A stretch of DNA of 64,000 bases, taken from assembly GCA_964252035.1 (NCBI GenBank), contig OZ176209.1, one strand, 5' to 3'. The position numbers and the translations under genes are program-made. Numbering within the stretch: position 1 is the stretch's first letter; the number at the start of each line of letters is the position of its first letter. The stretch comes from Podarcis erhardii (taxonomy: Eukaryota). This document shows positions 46,870-61,884 of the stretch, piece by piece. The notes beneath the pieces are model-generated. The model ran no database searches. It was not told the origin of the DNA and saw only the letters and a program-made list of their open reading frames with translations.

Positions 46870-49800
46870 TGAGTTGGGTCCAAGCCCTGCGCACTGGTGT
46901 AGGAGAGGGCTGAGAACATCCTGAGGGTTGTGGTCTTGTGGAGAATACCACAATCATGTATTATGCTTATTCAAACACTATGCATTAATTGCATCTTGTG
47001 CACAAAGCCTATACATTGTCTAGTATGCCTGTCCACAGTATACTAAACCACACATTGCATGGACAGAGACTATCTGTGCCCTGCAAACATGCAGGGTACA
47101 GACCAATGTGTCTGCAGGCTGAAATGTACAAAGACAGAAATAGGAAAAGACAAAGAACATATAAGAAAAATAAAATATAACATAAAGGTAATTGGGGGCA
47201 GAATGGTGTCAAGTAACAAATGGTGCATAAAAGAAAATGTTGCACCTTTTACAACTCATTTTGAACAACATGATTCATTCCCAATAAATTGCAATGACTT
47301 ATTGCTTATTATCATAACAGCTGAAAAATCCAACATGTAATATTTAATCCTATAAATAAGATGACTTAAGATCTTATAATGTGACTACAAGAGCAAAGTT
47401 GAAATGCACCTCTCATTGTATCAGGTCTGAAAGTGCTGTAACTACAAACCCGCCAAGCTTTCATTAGGCAAAGTAACAGTTAAAAAAAATCAGGATTGCA
47501 ATTTTGGCACATCAGATAAAAACTATCACACACAGATGGTCTCCACTTCAGCTCCCTCCACCCTCCTGCATGCAAGCCTTGCAGCCACTGAGCTAGTGGC
47601 AGCCAGGCAGGAAATCTTCCAAAATCCCAACGTTTTCCATCAGTGCAAGTTTAACAAGGCAGATCAAAAAGCAGCTGCAGAGGTGCCAACACAACTAACT
47701 GGGGAATCACAGAAATGCTGTAGTTGGAAAACGCACACAGTAGGAATCAGGCATCTGGACCTTGCAAATGCCAAATGTAGTCCATGTGGCAAAAGGTGTT
47801 GACATCGCAGTTGGAGGGAACAGAAAGCTACAATCAGAAGCATTAAGTTCAGCAGCCACAAGAAGTGACCCAGATACCACATTTGAGTTGTATACCTGCT
47901 GTGTGGGGTCAGGTTGTAACGCATCAGAGTCCAAAGTTGGATAGGCTCAGCATGTACATGTACATAAATTAAAATTCTAGAAACATAGATACAACAATTT
48001 AAAATAAAATGTGAAAAGCAATATGAAACAACTTACAAATGTAGGGTTGGTCCTAAAAATACACTAGATATATTGGTTGCTAGATGTCCCTTATAGCATC
48101 ATTCAGATTCTCAAGTCAAGGCTGGGCAGAAAAGAAGTTGCCTACTAGTGGAACATTCTTACTCTATACTTCAACACAGAAAGAAGCTCTGAGGTCAAGA
48201 ATGCAATGTCACTTTTCTATCTACTTGCTTCTACTCCTGTTAATTCCTGGTTGGCTTTATATGCACTATCAAATGCATTTTTTGAGCATATGGTGATAGG
48301 CATTCACATAACACTAAGCCTTTCAATTTCTCAGGTATGGGAAACTTATGTGGATATGAGGATAGGATAACCCACAAGCTGGTTGTCCCATCCTTACCTT
48401 TCCATCCTGAAAGGTAATGACAGGACAAACCATATTATGGATTATGTTGTCTTTACATCCAAGTATGTTTTCCATTTGTACCTTTCTGGAATATCCCACC
48501 ACCATTTTTTATTTTTTATTTTAAATCTCATTCTCTTTACTTTCTGGGAATGTGTCTTGATTTTACCAATGAGGAGGAGCATGTGGGAAAGAGATGAAGG
48601 ATAATAAAAGCTTCCACAATTGCAGCCTTTGACAGAATTATGTTTTAAAAATTGCACTGTACTGTTCTTGCTGTTTTAATCAATAACAGCAGACAACACC
48701 CAGAAGAGAGAAAGCAAACCAGGACCAGTAACAAGATGGAGGGCAGTGCTCTGTCACGCTATCAAAGAGTGCCAGATCATGTGAAATTAAGGCAATGCAT
48801 ATATATCCCAAGACTGCAGGACCAGATCAACTTCCAGAAGTTCACAGTGCCTAGTTCTTTCCCAGACCCTCTCAGGGTATATTTATTATAATATATTTTT
48901 AAAACAACCTTTCTATTCCCAAGTGGCTAATGGCTGAGATATTCACTTTGCTGAACCAATTCCTCAGTCCTTGTTAATATATGCAGGTGGCATAATTGTT
49001 GGTTTGCTATAATTATTTAGGCTTAGACTACATTAAAAGAGCCACTAAAGTCCCTCTGAATAACTCATCACCATTAAATCCTCTACATCTATGTTTGGCT
49101 TGTAACATAGATAAAGCAGTTTGCAAAAAAATAGGGCAGGTGGGGGGGGGGGGAGTTAAGATGATGAAAATGCTGAGTAAGATGTAATGTAATCATGTTT
49201 GTTATAAATTCTGAATTAAATGCCATGTCTTTGCCAGTTCATAGATTTTGCTATATATCAATCTACAGCACTAATGTAACACCAAAATCCACTCCTTCGT
49301 TGCCAATGTGGACCAGGCACCTTTTCAGCTGGCCACAAAACTAATCACTAATTACCAAGCCAGCCAGACAGTTATGCTCTCTCTCTCATAGGCATCCAGA
49401 GATGGGAAGCAAGTAAGCACAGTCTTTCACAGAGACATAACAATTCCATCTTCCTTGCTTCAGAAAGCACAGTTCAATTTTCAGAGAATGAATGAAAAGA
49501 AGTAACTCTCATCCACCTGTAAAGATGTACTAATGTGAATGCAGAATATGACATTTTAAATTCAAGTTTTGCAAACAGATGGTTTTTCTGCTATTGCTAC
49601 GGCAAGGAAAGGAAGGTCGAGCTATTCAAACAGCAGTAGGAATTTCCCTCCTGCCTCAAAAGGCATAAACAATCAACCTAACAGTATGCTTCAAGATGTG
49701 TCCTAACCTCATTATGTTATCAACATGGTGTGACACTGACCAGGCTCAAGCCATTTTGTGAATGTCACTCAGACGAGACAGAAGCATTTCCCTCTCAACT

Positions 49801-50430
49801 TCCTATCTTAGGCTGCTATAGTTCCATTATTGTGGAGGCACATTATCTCTGTTTTTAACCCATAATTGCAGGGAAAACAAGTAGAAAGACTCCATAACAA
49901 TTATGGCCCTCTCTTGCAAGGCTGGCTTCAATTCCCTTCAAACTAGCTCCAATTTTCCCAGCTACATCAAGAGAATGTGCATCACTGTTCTTTGTACAAG
50001 GTCACACACATGTGTGCAAGCTTTCTTCATTTCTGCAATTTCACCAGAGCCTCAGTGGAGTTCATTAGTTCCAAAATGGCTCTGTGTTTAATAAAATCCC
50101 CTTCCATTTGTGTGCATAATAGGTTTTTAGTGGGGATGAAACAGATATAAAGACGGCAGAAACGGCTGCTTTCAAATTTCTGTTACAAAAGGACAAGAAG
50201 GGATTGACCTTGCCCTTACTGAAGTTAATGGATAACCTCGCAGGACAGCATGATTGCCATCAAAGGCCATAAGCCATAAATAAGTTGCTTCAGAGTAATT
50301 TCACTTATGGCACTGAGACTCCTGTAAGTGTTTTAAGAAACACAGCTGAAATTGAGGCAATGGATAAACAATTCTTGATTTCCAAGTTAGTACTAGGGGA
50401 AATGTTTTGGCTGATGTGCCCGATTCAGTG

Positions 50431-50603
50431 GAGCTGAAGCTCAGTGACAGAGCACATGGAATGCATCTTCAGGCCAGATTCAATCCTCAGGATCTGCAGT
50501 AATGTCGGGAAAATATCCCTTTCAGAAATTCAGGAGAGCTGCTTCCAGCCAGTGTACTGAGCTACATGGATCAAAGATCTGACTCATTTTAACAGCAGCT
50601 TTC
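50431..50603 (+). mobile_element. Squam2-type SINE (degraded)
   Basis: agctcagtgacagagcacatg..gattcaatcc..gagagctgcttccagccagtgtactgagctacatgga..tctgactca. Confidence 0.7.
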
Positions 50604-50639
50604 TGTGCAAATAAATTCTTAGCAATAACCAGCGGGTAC

Positions 50640-50776
50640 CATTTTGCTTCAGCCCCTTGATCTTTTTGGCTGAAGGCTAAGAGATAGTGACTAGCCATAG
50701 GCCATAGCTAAACAGAGGATTAAACCCATGTCTCCCAAGTTCTAAGTCTGTACCCTTGCTATACCACACTGGCTCT
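50640..50776 (-). mobile_element. Squam3/MIR-like SINE (degraded)
   Basis: ggattaaacccatgtctccc..tctaagtc..ctataccacactggctct on the plus strand is the reverse-complemented head. Confidence 0.6.
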
Positions 50777-53700
50777 GCAATATTACCCTACAGTGGCTCT
50801 CATTATTTTAAAATCCTGCACAATTTTTTATTCCACATTCTGCTGGCTGAGTTTCAGAATCCAAGAGGCATGTTATCAGCTTATAAACACATATTTTTCT
50901 CCTTCAAACCTTAAAAGAAAAGAAAAAAAGCATTACACATCATATATTGGATAATGCGCTTCTTGAAGAAGGTTCTCCATGTCTCTGGAAATCAGGACGG
51001 TAGAAGTTGCTATGGCAACTCCTTTTTCCTCCTTTCAGAATTAAATTACAAAGTGAATGTGAAGCCAGACTTGTTATTGTTACCCAAGTGAAAGCTTCCC
51101 CTGAGCAGCTGGACAAATCTGGTTTTCCAGAGCTGGACCAACTCCACCTTACTCTCCCTCTTCTCAAAAAACCCCCAACAACCCACCACCCACCCAACTG
51201 GCTATAGAAGATATCAAGACAAGAAATGATTCGTGCTAATTAGGACTTAGCTAAAGAGCATCTTCAAACAGGGGATGGTTCTGAGTCCTTCTACAAGACT
51301 CTCTCTGAGTTATACCAAATGACCCACAGTAAAGGATTGTAGATGATAGGGGAAGAATGCCTTGCTGAGGAGCTTTACAAATTTAAGAACACTGCTTTCA
51401 AAGGCAGGGAAGTGAACTGCACAAGAAACTTCTTCATCTGGAAAGATTGTTCTTTGGATAGAAATGTGGGAGCACTCATACCTTAAAAATCTGATTTTTA
51501 AAAAACTGCATTGTTATTCTGATGCAGTGGTAGCTCTGTTAGTGTCATAGGCCTGTTTTGCATGAAACATGAAGGCATAGTTTGTTTTGCTTAACTGTGG
51601 TTTGTCTGTGATCCTGAACTCATCTCTGACTGCCAAGAAAAACCTGGCTTGTGGTAAGTAAGAAGAGAACTTAATCATGAGTCCGGGTTCAGATAACATG
51701 CTAAGCTAGTTTCTGTTTGGCTTACCAGTGCACAACAGGTTTTTCCCATTCTTTTCTGCCCTGTACTGCAAGCAACCCCTTAAAAAGCACTTGTGATACT
51801 GTGAGACACAAAACAGGGTTGCTGCTGTTTAGAAGAGAAATGAAAAAGTCCCCTTACATGCATAAATCTACAGATCTGGATTGGAGCCATACTATTTTGC
51901 CCCTTGGTTGTTGTAGCAAGCACAACTTGCTGCATTTCGTAATGGCTGGAGGCAATTTTCTCCAATAAAATGGCTCTCTTTTCTAAGTGCATCCGATTTT
52001 CATCTCTGCAGGATGTGCTGTTTTCTGAAGCAGCCTTTTCTATCTCAACCCACCGTCTCATCCAATGTTTTCCAAAAACAAACTAATCACTTTGATACTC
52101 AGCTAACTAGAGCTCTAGTAGAAAGCAACTGCAGCCTCTCTCTGTTATAACAAGGCAACAGATCTGAGGGCAAGGCTAAATTACAACAGGATGGATGCCA
52201 CAAAACTTTGACAAGTGTACAAATCTTAAGAATGAATAAGTCAATGCAATTCCACACAGACAGACAGACAGACCATTTGTCAGGGCTGGAAAAATATTTT
52301 AATCCCTTGGAAATTTAAGTCAGTATCAAATGCATTACTGCCTGGCAAAAGGCATGTTCCCCTGTTACATTTAACTCAGTCTGCTTTTTCTCCCTCTGAC
52401 TCCCTCTGTTGTCTTTGTTGAAATTACACTGTAAGCTTCTTGGGGCAGGGACTTGTGGTTTTGCTTATGATACTCTAAATAGCACCATGTACATTAACTT
52501 ACCCACAACTACCAACTTTTAGTGAGATAAATTATTGCCCATGACAAACCCATCAGCATAAAAATGTGTTGCTACCAGCTATCTGCATATGCAGTCTAGG
52601 TACAAATATATTTTGTCAGTTATGAATTATCTGCATATCCAACCTAAATATTGGTATAGAAATCAAAATACACAAAAGTCATGCACCACCAATTCAACAG
52701 ATTATTGTTTTTCTTTAGTACTTGCCTGGAGGAATCCCATTTCTATAACATTGTGCTGTATGTGTGTGTTTAATACTGGGTTTATTGTCAGGAGCAAATA
52801 TCTACACCAACATCACTTCTAAATAGCCTATACCTCAGTTCCAGCCTTTCACTTTTGTAGGTGGAAAACAGCAGCATGTCAGATGCACCAGTTCACTAAC
52901 ATCTTTCCTGCACATGCTTCACCTGATGGTAAAACCCTTCAAATCTTTTAAAAGGATTCTAAACCAGCCCCCGTTTTCTCTCAATCATACTGCAAAGCAA
53001 CAAAGAAAAGCTTACAACTTGCTAGGCAATAATTCCTCCAAAGATGCATTCCAAAGCCTTTGTTTTTCCTTCCACACACTCAAAGCTGCTTCATGAAAAT
53101 ACTTCATCATGGTGGCCAAGGCCTGAAGAATGGTTATACATGCTCATCTGTCTCTGTTTTGGAAAGGCAATTATTATTTTTCCAGCTCCATCCCTCTGCA
53201 AGTTTTCATTCCACCCCACCCCCCCTTTCATGCCAGTGATTCTCCTTTGGGGGCAAGTAAAAGAATAACCACATTCTGGTCTTTCAAAAAACTCCATTGG
53301 TTAGTTCTGAATACTGGAATGAATGCAGACTCAGGCTTTCAGGCTTTCCCATTCACAGCTCTGGGAGCTCTGAGCTCAGTCAACCTCTCAGGAAAGAACA
53401 GGGGAAATAGCTTGTCCTGTTGTTATGGACTGCATTCTATTTGTCCAACACTAAGTTTTGTTTCTTCCATATATTTGCTATGACTTCATGCTAAGCCAAA
53501 TGTAAACACATTTCCCTTTCTCCCCCCTGCCCCACACCCCAGCACCAGACAAGCTTATGCTGAAACACAGGCATTGCCATTTGCGTTTAGTAGAAACACT
53601 AATCATTCCAGGCAAGAATAGAAAAAAAGTCACCATCTTTCAAAGGGCAAATTTATAATGAGAACACCTGCCAAGGTGCCCTAGAACATAGCCCTGAAAC

Positions 53701-53805
53701 TGTTCATCACCCGAAAGGAAGGCTTGATCAATTAAATAATATCCCTTCATAAAACAGACACAGCAGAAAAAGCTCAGGAATGAAACAATTAACACCTACT
53801 AAGAT

Positions 53806-53806
<1 letters not shown>

Positions 53807-53849
<43 letters not shown>
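53807..53849. repeat. (TAGA)n microsatellite, ~11 units
   Basis: Direct observation. Confidence 0.98.
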
Positions 53850-53934
53850 CACTTTCACACTATGGCATTTTGTTAACAAAAGAAAAAAAAAGCCAACAGC
53901 AAAAAGTCATAACCATAAATTCAAAAAACTCAAG

Positions 53935-54255
53935 GCATTATCTGCACTACAGACTTAAACCAGTTTAACTACCATTCCTTCTTATCAGGAAAGCCTGGGA
54001 ATTGTAACTGGGGAGAATGGGGATGGGATTTTCTAGCACTGGGTAGTCAGTGAGGTGTCCTCTCATCATTCCTGACCCTTGGCCATGCCAGTTGGGGATG
54101 ATGGGAGCTGCAGTCCAACAGCATCTGGAGGGCAAGACATTGGCTACCATTGTTCTAGCAGAATGTTCAACATTCCACCAATCTGCAGTTCCCATGATTC
54201 TTTGGGGGAAGAGGTATGAAACTGATATCCATATGCAGTGATGATAATGCCCACG
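53935..54255. mobile_element. Degraded palindromic MITE with a nested hAT-type MITE (~54045-54150)
   Basis: gcattatc...gataatgc ends; cctgggaattgtaac / ctgcagttcccatgattctttgggggaag arms; inner gatgatgggagctgcagtccaacagcatctggagggc. Confidence 0.5.
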
Positions 54256-54404
54256 TTTTCCCCCCCTAGAAGTAATCCTGATAAAACAAGTGCCAGCCTA
54301 AAGCCATGTAATCCAAACATCTTGGCTGCCATCTGATGTGACCATGTGATTTTTTCTCCGGACTTCCCAAAAGCCACTGTGCTGAGTTTCAAACAACCTA
54401 CCTA

Positions 54405-54596
<192 letters not shown>

Positions 54597-55144
54597 TTAA
54601 AATATATACATATATACATGCATACACTATATTGGAAGAGGGGGAAGGATTTCAAAGAATTCTGTTTAATGAAGACATTCCTAATCCCTTGTATTTTGAA
54701 AAGAAACATACGCCTTTTAAAGTGCTTTTCAACCCTCCCAGCCAAGTTTCTTCCTAATATGTCAAAAGCACGGTAGGCCAGTCGCGTGCCAGAGTAAACA
54801 TAGATTTCTTAAAAGTTTTTTTTCTTTATTTAGATTTAATTTCAAGTTTATTTTACCCTCTCGGGCTGTGCTGTTATTTGACAGACAGCCCACCAAATTC
54901 TCTCTCTTTCTTATTGCATTTGCAATACAGCTGCAAACTGCCTATTATTGCTGTCATTTAAGAAAATATCTCCCAAATCTTAATACACAATGGTTCAGCA
55001 TTTTTCAACCCTCTTTTGCCAACTTTTGAAAAGAAATTTAAGAGAGCAGTATTCAAAGAAGCACAAGGGGTTTAAAAGTTATGTAAGAGTTTATTTTTAA
55101 CATTATTTTTAACATTCAGCATCTCTTCATTCTAATCTCTGAGG

Positions 55145-55168
55145 GTGTGTGTGTGTGTGTGTGTGTGT
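55145..55168. repeat. (GT)12 microsatellite
   Basis: Direct observation. Confidence 0.98.
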
Positions 55169-56654
55169 AACACAAGGTTGTTAAAGGGCATTATTAAAAT
55201 AAGTTGTGGCTTATTTTGCATACTTTCATACCAGAAATATGCCAAACAGTGGTGTCTATTTGAAAATGCATGTATTTGTTCAGAATACATTTTACCACTT
55301 AACTGTTCTCAAAGTGAATTCCCCATCATCAGTTTTTCACCTTAATTGGGTTGGGCAGAAAATGACTGAAACCTCATTTCTTATTGGTTCCCCCTAATAT
55401 CAATATCAATACACGCACACTCTTGCTGAGCTGATGGACAGCACAGAGGTCTAATAGGACTGTACTCTCATTTCCTCCTAAGTTGTTCCCTGTGATTATT
55501 CTATTGAGCAAATAAAGGAACCACATGAAGACACCCAATTTGCAGAAACTTTTCCTAAGAATGCTATGTGTCAGTAGAAGGTAAGGTTTTTGCAGGACAG
55601 TGGTGACACCCAGGGCGACCTGCACCCACCGCACCCCCCTTCATCCACCCCTGCGAGGGGAATTAGTGTCATTGCATATGGAGGCTTTCCATGTGTAGCT
55701 GACCCCATGTTGTTGTGTTTTTAGGCCATCATTTACCTATATGGATTAAGCCTTAGAAAGGGACTCTATTGGTCAGCCAAGGCAATCGTTGCCTTGCTGC
55801 CCACAAAGAATAAGAAACAAAAAATAGACCCCTCCTTGCATATGACTATGCAAGTTTTAATTTGTGCTGGATAGTTCATGATCAGACTGAAATATTGAAA
55901 AGTAGGTCATTCTCAACTATAGAGAAAGCAATTAGCATCTGGTTACAGATGCACATTTTGTCCTCGTTGTTTCTGACAGCTAATGCCCTGTTTACAATTT
56001 TATGTTGACCTGTATAAACTATTGTAAAGACACAAGAGTTCATAATCTCTTTTAATTTCTCATATGCACAACTTTTAAAGTTTTGTAGGTTTCCTTTTAG
56101 TACAAATTATGGAAGGTAAGAGAGTGAATGGTCAGAGGTAGGAGAATTTGTTATGCACCGCTGAAATGTTTCATTATGACCTGGCTTGAAAACCATTAAT
56201 TAAGATATATTAAGCTCTATTTAATGGAGCTTTTTAGTGCAGTTTCACATTAGTTTTATACCAAGACTTGGTATATAGGGCAATAACAGCTGGAGAGAGC
56301 TGTTGTCCCTCATTGTCCTGCTTGCGGGCTTCCCAAAAGCACCTGGTTGGCTAATGTGGGAACCTCATGGGCCTTTTGTTCTGATCCAGCAGGGCTTTTC
56401 TTGCATTCACATCCTCTTCGGTGTGCAACAGAAATAGGCTGAAACTGTATTTTCAGTATGCGAAATGATTATAGCAACATGTTTCCCCCTCTCCTCTCTT
56501 CTTTCAGTAGAAAATGTATTAGTCTGCAGAAGAGTCCCAGTTTTGTGCATTAAATGTTATCCTTTCCCCCCAAAAAGATGCACCTTAGCACAAACTATGT
56601 TGCTTACCAATGTTTTGAATTATCAAGACACATTAAGAACATTAGAATAGCCCT

Positions 56655-57012
56655 GTTTGAACATAAAACTAAACCACTGGTTATTAACTATGGTTATAGA
56701 CTGCTTATTAACCAAGGTTTGTAGTTCGTTTCTAAACCTTAGCTAATATTAACTGTTACTTAACTTTATGTGCAAGCCCAGACCTTATCCTTAATTATGG
56801 TTAAAGAGCTGCCACAGCCCAAAAGCTACAGAGCTGCAAGTGAAGAACAGCAATTCCTGGCTTGTGTTTCCTTTAACAGGGGGAGGACAAGAATGCAACA
56901 AGCCAAGGTTCACATTATGGTCTGCCAGACACACTAGCTTCCATTATTGTGTGTTAACTATGGTTAGCATTAACTATGGTTAATGTTAACCATAGCTTAG
57001 CATTATTTACAA
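56655..57012. repeat. MITE-like repeat with arrayed TTAACTATGGTT motifs
   Basis: Motif copies at 56684, 56791 (variant), 56954 and 56970, plus an inverted variant at ~56986. Confidence 0.55.
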
Positions 57013-57597
57013 ACTAGGCCAATATGTTGTTACATAAATTACAGTAGGGTGGAGTTGGTGGACTCACCAAAGAGATGCTGTTTTTCAGCAACAAGTCCAT
57101 AGTGGCCATAAGTATGTGCTCTGCTCAGGAACCTGGTATTTGAGGTGAGTCATTGAGAGGATTTCAACTGTTTATTTGTTATGTGTTTTCAGTAAGACCA
57201 TTATCTCTCAAGAGATGACTACATTGCTCAGTCATTTTCAGCCTCCTACTTTACAACACATCAATCTGTCCAACCAGCTCTGATTTCATACTTTATATCA
57301 GGCCTCCCCTTGTGGGCTCTGCCTAAAGATGTATGGTTGGCAAGGTGCCAAGCAAGTAACCAATATAGGTTTGCCGCCACCATCCCACTACCCATCCCAA
57401 ATTAGCCATACATCATGGTTTTGAGTGTCTATGTTGGGAAGGATAACAAATATAACTGCTTGAGAGGATTAAAAAACTATCACCTGAAAAATGGGGGGGG
57501 AAAATGAGTTGATGGAGAATATCTGTGAACCCTTTCTTGACCCATTTTTATCTCCACCCAAAATCCTGAAAGCAAAAGTTGATTTCACAGCATCTAA

Positions 57598-57646
57598 TAA
57601 GATTATGGTACTTTGATAATATTTTTATTAAGATTATGGTACTTTG
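57598..57646. repeat. 18-bp direct repeat with 13-bp AT spacer
   Basis: taagattatggtactttg at 57598-57615 and 57629-57646. Confidence 0.92.
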
Positions 57647-59082
57647 GTTTTTTTAAATCCATCTTTCTGTTTGCTCCTCCAAGTTTCATTGTGAACAGTC
57701 TGTGCACCAGAGATTTAATCTCAGGCCCAAATTAGATAGAACAATGCCAGAATCTGTGTGTTTAAGCCCAGCTTTGTGTGCCAGCTTTGGCATTTTATTC
57801 CTGACTTGTTATGTCCAAAGTGGATTACATCCTGGCTTATTATCTGATATCAAACTAGAGTTTCCCAGTTTGCATGTAATGAAAATGTCTGTCTTAACAC
57901 AAGCCACAAATGAAGTGCCAATGCCAGCATGCAAGAGAAGGGAGGGAGGAGAGGGGGGGCACTTTCTCCAACATGCATTCCAAGATTCATAGACCAAGCA
58001 TTTTTTTTAAAAAAAAAACCACCACTACCAAATACTTAGCATCAATGCCATCAGGTCTTGCTACCAGATCAGCTGTAATAGTAGCCAGATTGGCACTTAA
58101 CAATAATCCTTTTGTTGCACTTGCAAGATGGTGTTTTAGTGTAATAATCTTAAATACTTCTACTTGTAATGGACCCTGCTCCCAAGTGAATGTACTTCAG
58201 ACTGCAACCTACACCTTCCTATTACTATCAGCCTATTCCACATGGACTTTGCCAAATAAAAGTTGCACAACTGAACAATATAGGTCAAGGTAAAACCATG
58301 GCTACATCAGAAAATTTGGATTAAGGGGGTGGGAATCCAAGTGGATTTTAAAGGCTTGGGTTCTTGAATACTTGGTCATTTGAAATTGGGTTTATTTTTC
58401 AGGTCTAGAACCAATATTTAATTGTTGAACGATTATAGACAATGGCTCTATTGGTATCCATCAATGTAATTTACACAGCAGCCAAAAACCATCCATTTTG
58501 TGCATAGGATGGCCCATGAATGCTCCTGCATTCTGCAGCAATTTCATGTTGCCACAAGTAGGAGTCCTTATGCTTTAAGAGTCTAGACCTAGGTCCCGAT
58601 GCATCTCCCCCCACCAAAAGCCCATCAATTTGGGCCCTGGCAAAAAACTAAGTGGGCACACCACTGGGGTTTAAACCCCTCTGTCCATACCCCTGGTGGG
58701 GGGTGTAAATTGGCCATTCCTTCCTCATCAAAATGGTCGTTTGATGAGGATGGAGGAGGTGATTCACCCCTTACTCAGCTTATCTGCAGAAATAAGCTGA
58801 AGAGGAAGGGCTTGTGTGCCGTTAGTGTGCGTGTGTGTGCGTGTGTGCATGCACAAATGTTTAGGTGAGATGGTCACAGTCACTTTGGGTCATACCCACC
58901 ACCAGCATGCAACCCCCAAAAGATTGACCAAGGTCATAAAAGATCTACCCCCACTGATCTAGATGGAGACCAACCATATGTTGTTGCTCATGTAGTTCCT
59001 TCTAGTGCTCCCTTCAACCTAATGCACATGCTTGGTCACATTTGTAAATCACATTTGCATACTGACTCATATCACTCCATCA

Positions 59083-59445
<363 letters not shown>

Positions 59446-61884
59446 TACGAATAGAACAGAGTTTGCAACAGCAACAAAAAATCTGATAAACATAATAGAA
59501 TGGTTTGTGTATGCACATATAATAGCCAGTTACCAACATCCAGTCACACCCTAGTAGTGCGACCAAGAAACATAACTTATGCCCTCCAATGCTGAAAATA
59601 GTGACATGCTTGAAATAAGTTTACAGTACTGGAGATCACCACTTGAACTTTTTGCACTTATGTATTGTTGAAGGCTCTATTATTTCACATGCTGCATTCA
59701 ATTACTCTGCTATAACCTGTATTCCACTCATTTATAAGTCACAACAGGGTTAGTGTTTTTTATTAAAACTATGTGAAAAAAAGAAAGGGGTGGACTATGT
59801 CAAGCACAGTATCCTTGAAAAGGTCTGCAACACCTGGCAAGATTTCCTAGCCCTCTTTAGTGACAAGAAGCAAAATATATGGATGAATAGCGCACAATTT
59901 TGCCTGGTAATTAAGCTTCCCTTCCATTTTTACTCCTTCTCCTCCTCATTTCTTATTTTGGCTTTTATTTTGGCTCATGTTGTTACTGTTTTGCTTGTAA
60001 TTAGATGGGAGGAGGCACATGAGAGATTAGGTGGGAGGAGGGACATAAAGACTGGGGTTCCAGCCCTACTGATTACACCTACATCTTTAATCTGTAAAAT
60101 TGTGGCCATTTTTAATCCAGATCATTATTTTCCTGAGTTTGTACTGTCACACTTCACCATAGTATTAGGCCATGGTGATGGGGAGGCACTGTGACTGGGA
60201 TTGCCATTCAAAATCTAATTGAAGAGCTGAACGCGTGAAATGGCAGACCATGCACTGCATTCTGCCTTAGTGCTCATGTGCATGTGCTCCAGCACCATCC
60301 CTCCAATGTTTAAGTTCTAGAGATCCAGGGGAGGAAGCTGAACCCTGAAAAATGACAGCTGCAAAAAGCTACAGTAGCAAGATATTAACAAGGTATCACC
60401 ACACCCCCAAAAAGCAAAAAAATGAACAAAATAGGAATAGTAGTTTAGAGGTAACAAAAACGGGCTGTGATTAATGAATGAAAATTGGCAATGAACAGGG
60501 TAGTTTTGTGTCATTGCAATGTGGGGAATCTCATACACCAGAGCAAGTTACTTGTCGTAATGATGGCCCTGAGTGAACGCTTTTAAAACGCTCATATGGG
60601 GGGGGGGGACCACTGCACTTGGGGCTATGCAGCTATGGGGCTAAACCAACCCACTCCTGACATTGGGTGGCCTGGGGCCCCTGGGGCCTTCTGTAGGCCT
60701 TCCACACATACCCTGATTGTCATTGTAGTATTTTGCTAGTACACTTAATAAAAGCCCTTTGTCGCCAAGAGAGCTTGTGTTACAAGGCAAATGACATATG
60801 CAAATAAATAAATTTGCTTCAGTTTAGCCTTTCATTTGACAGTTAAACACCACGTCCTTCACCCCTTGCATGTAAACTGCCTATCAACTTTGCATACTCT
60901 TAAATTGTTACAATCTCCAGCCACTTGACACTGTTCTTTCTACCTGCTCATTTGGACCTACTTAGGAAATATGAAAGTTCACAAAGGTGAGCATAGATAT
61001 TGGTCCTCCAAAAGCTAAACCTATTTTAGCACTTGATCAATTTGAAAAACACTATAAACAAAGATAGAGTGGCAGAGAAAATCTGACCTGACGTGTTCAG
61101 TGAAAAAGTGGAGGTGAGAAGATGAGAGGTTTTATTCCTCAATCCTGCCTCCCCACACCCCAGCGATACAACCATTACAGCTATCAAAAGCCAACAATTT
61201 AGCTAAAAACAAAATAAATATTTTTTTAAATGGGAAGACGGGGGGGGGGGAGGAGATTATAAAAACTAGCTCAATAGGAAATATATGTTAAAAGCAAGCT
61301 AAATGAATAAAAATTTGGGAGCTTATTTAAAGGGGTTTTTTTATACCATGCTGTGCTTGACCTATGGAATTTCCATATTAGTTGTACTGCAATGATGCAA
61401 ACAGAAGGCCCACCCAATAGTAGAAAAGTGTGGAGAAAGGTGTGTGAGGAGATGCTGCCACAAAGATAATGATGATTTAATTTATATATCAATATGCCAA
61501 AATAGGCTTCTATATGATCCACAGCTGAGTGAGTGAATAAATATTGGTTGCTGCTCACTTCTGTATGCCCACATTTGTTCATGACTCTTTTCCTCCAAGC
61601 CTGTTGGCCATTACATTCTTTGTCCATTTGGTTGTTATCCTAGTACAAGCACTGGGTGTTAACTCAATATAAACATTCATTCTTGGATAGCTTTATCCAT
61701 TAAGAATGTTTCCATTTGAAACCCTATTAAAAATGAAAGACGATGCTGTGACATGTTAATTTGGAGCAAAGATATCAGTGTAGCCAGTGCATTCAGATAT
61801 TTTACTATGTCCTATAATAAAGTCCAACAGAATAACAAAAACCACATGCACTCCATTTTAAATATTCAGGCAAAACTAGACTAC

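Noticed and set aside
47536-47944. Cluster of short ORFs as a hidden exon or retrogene
   Set aside because: No recognisable protein similarity or consistent splice signals.
53807-53849. CRISPR-like or functional array
   Set aside because: Simple tetranucleotide microsatellite in a vertebrate intron; no spacers.
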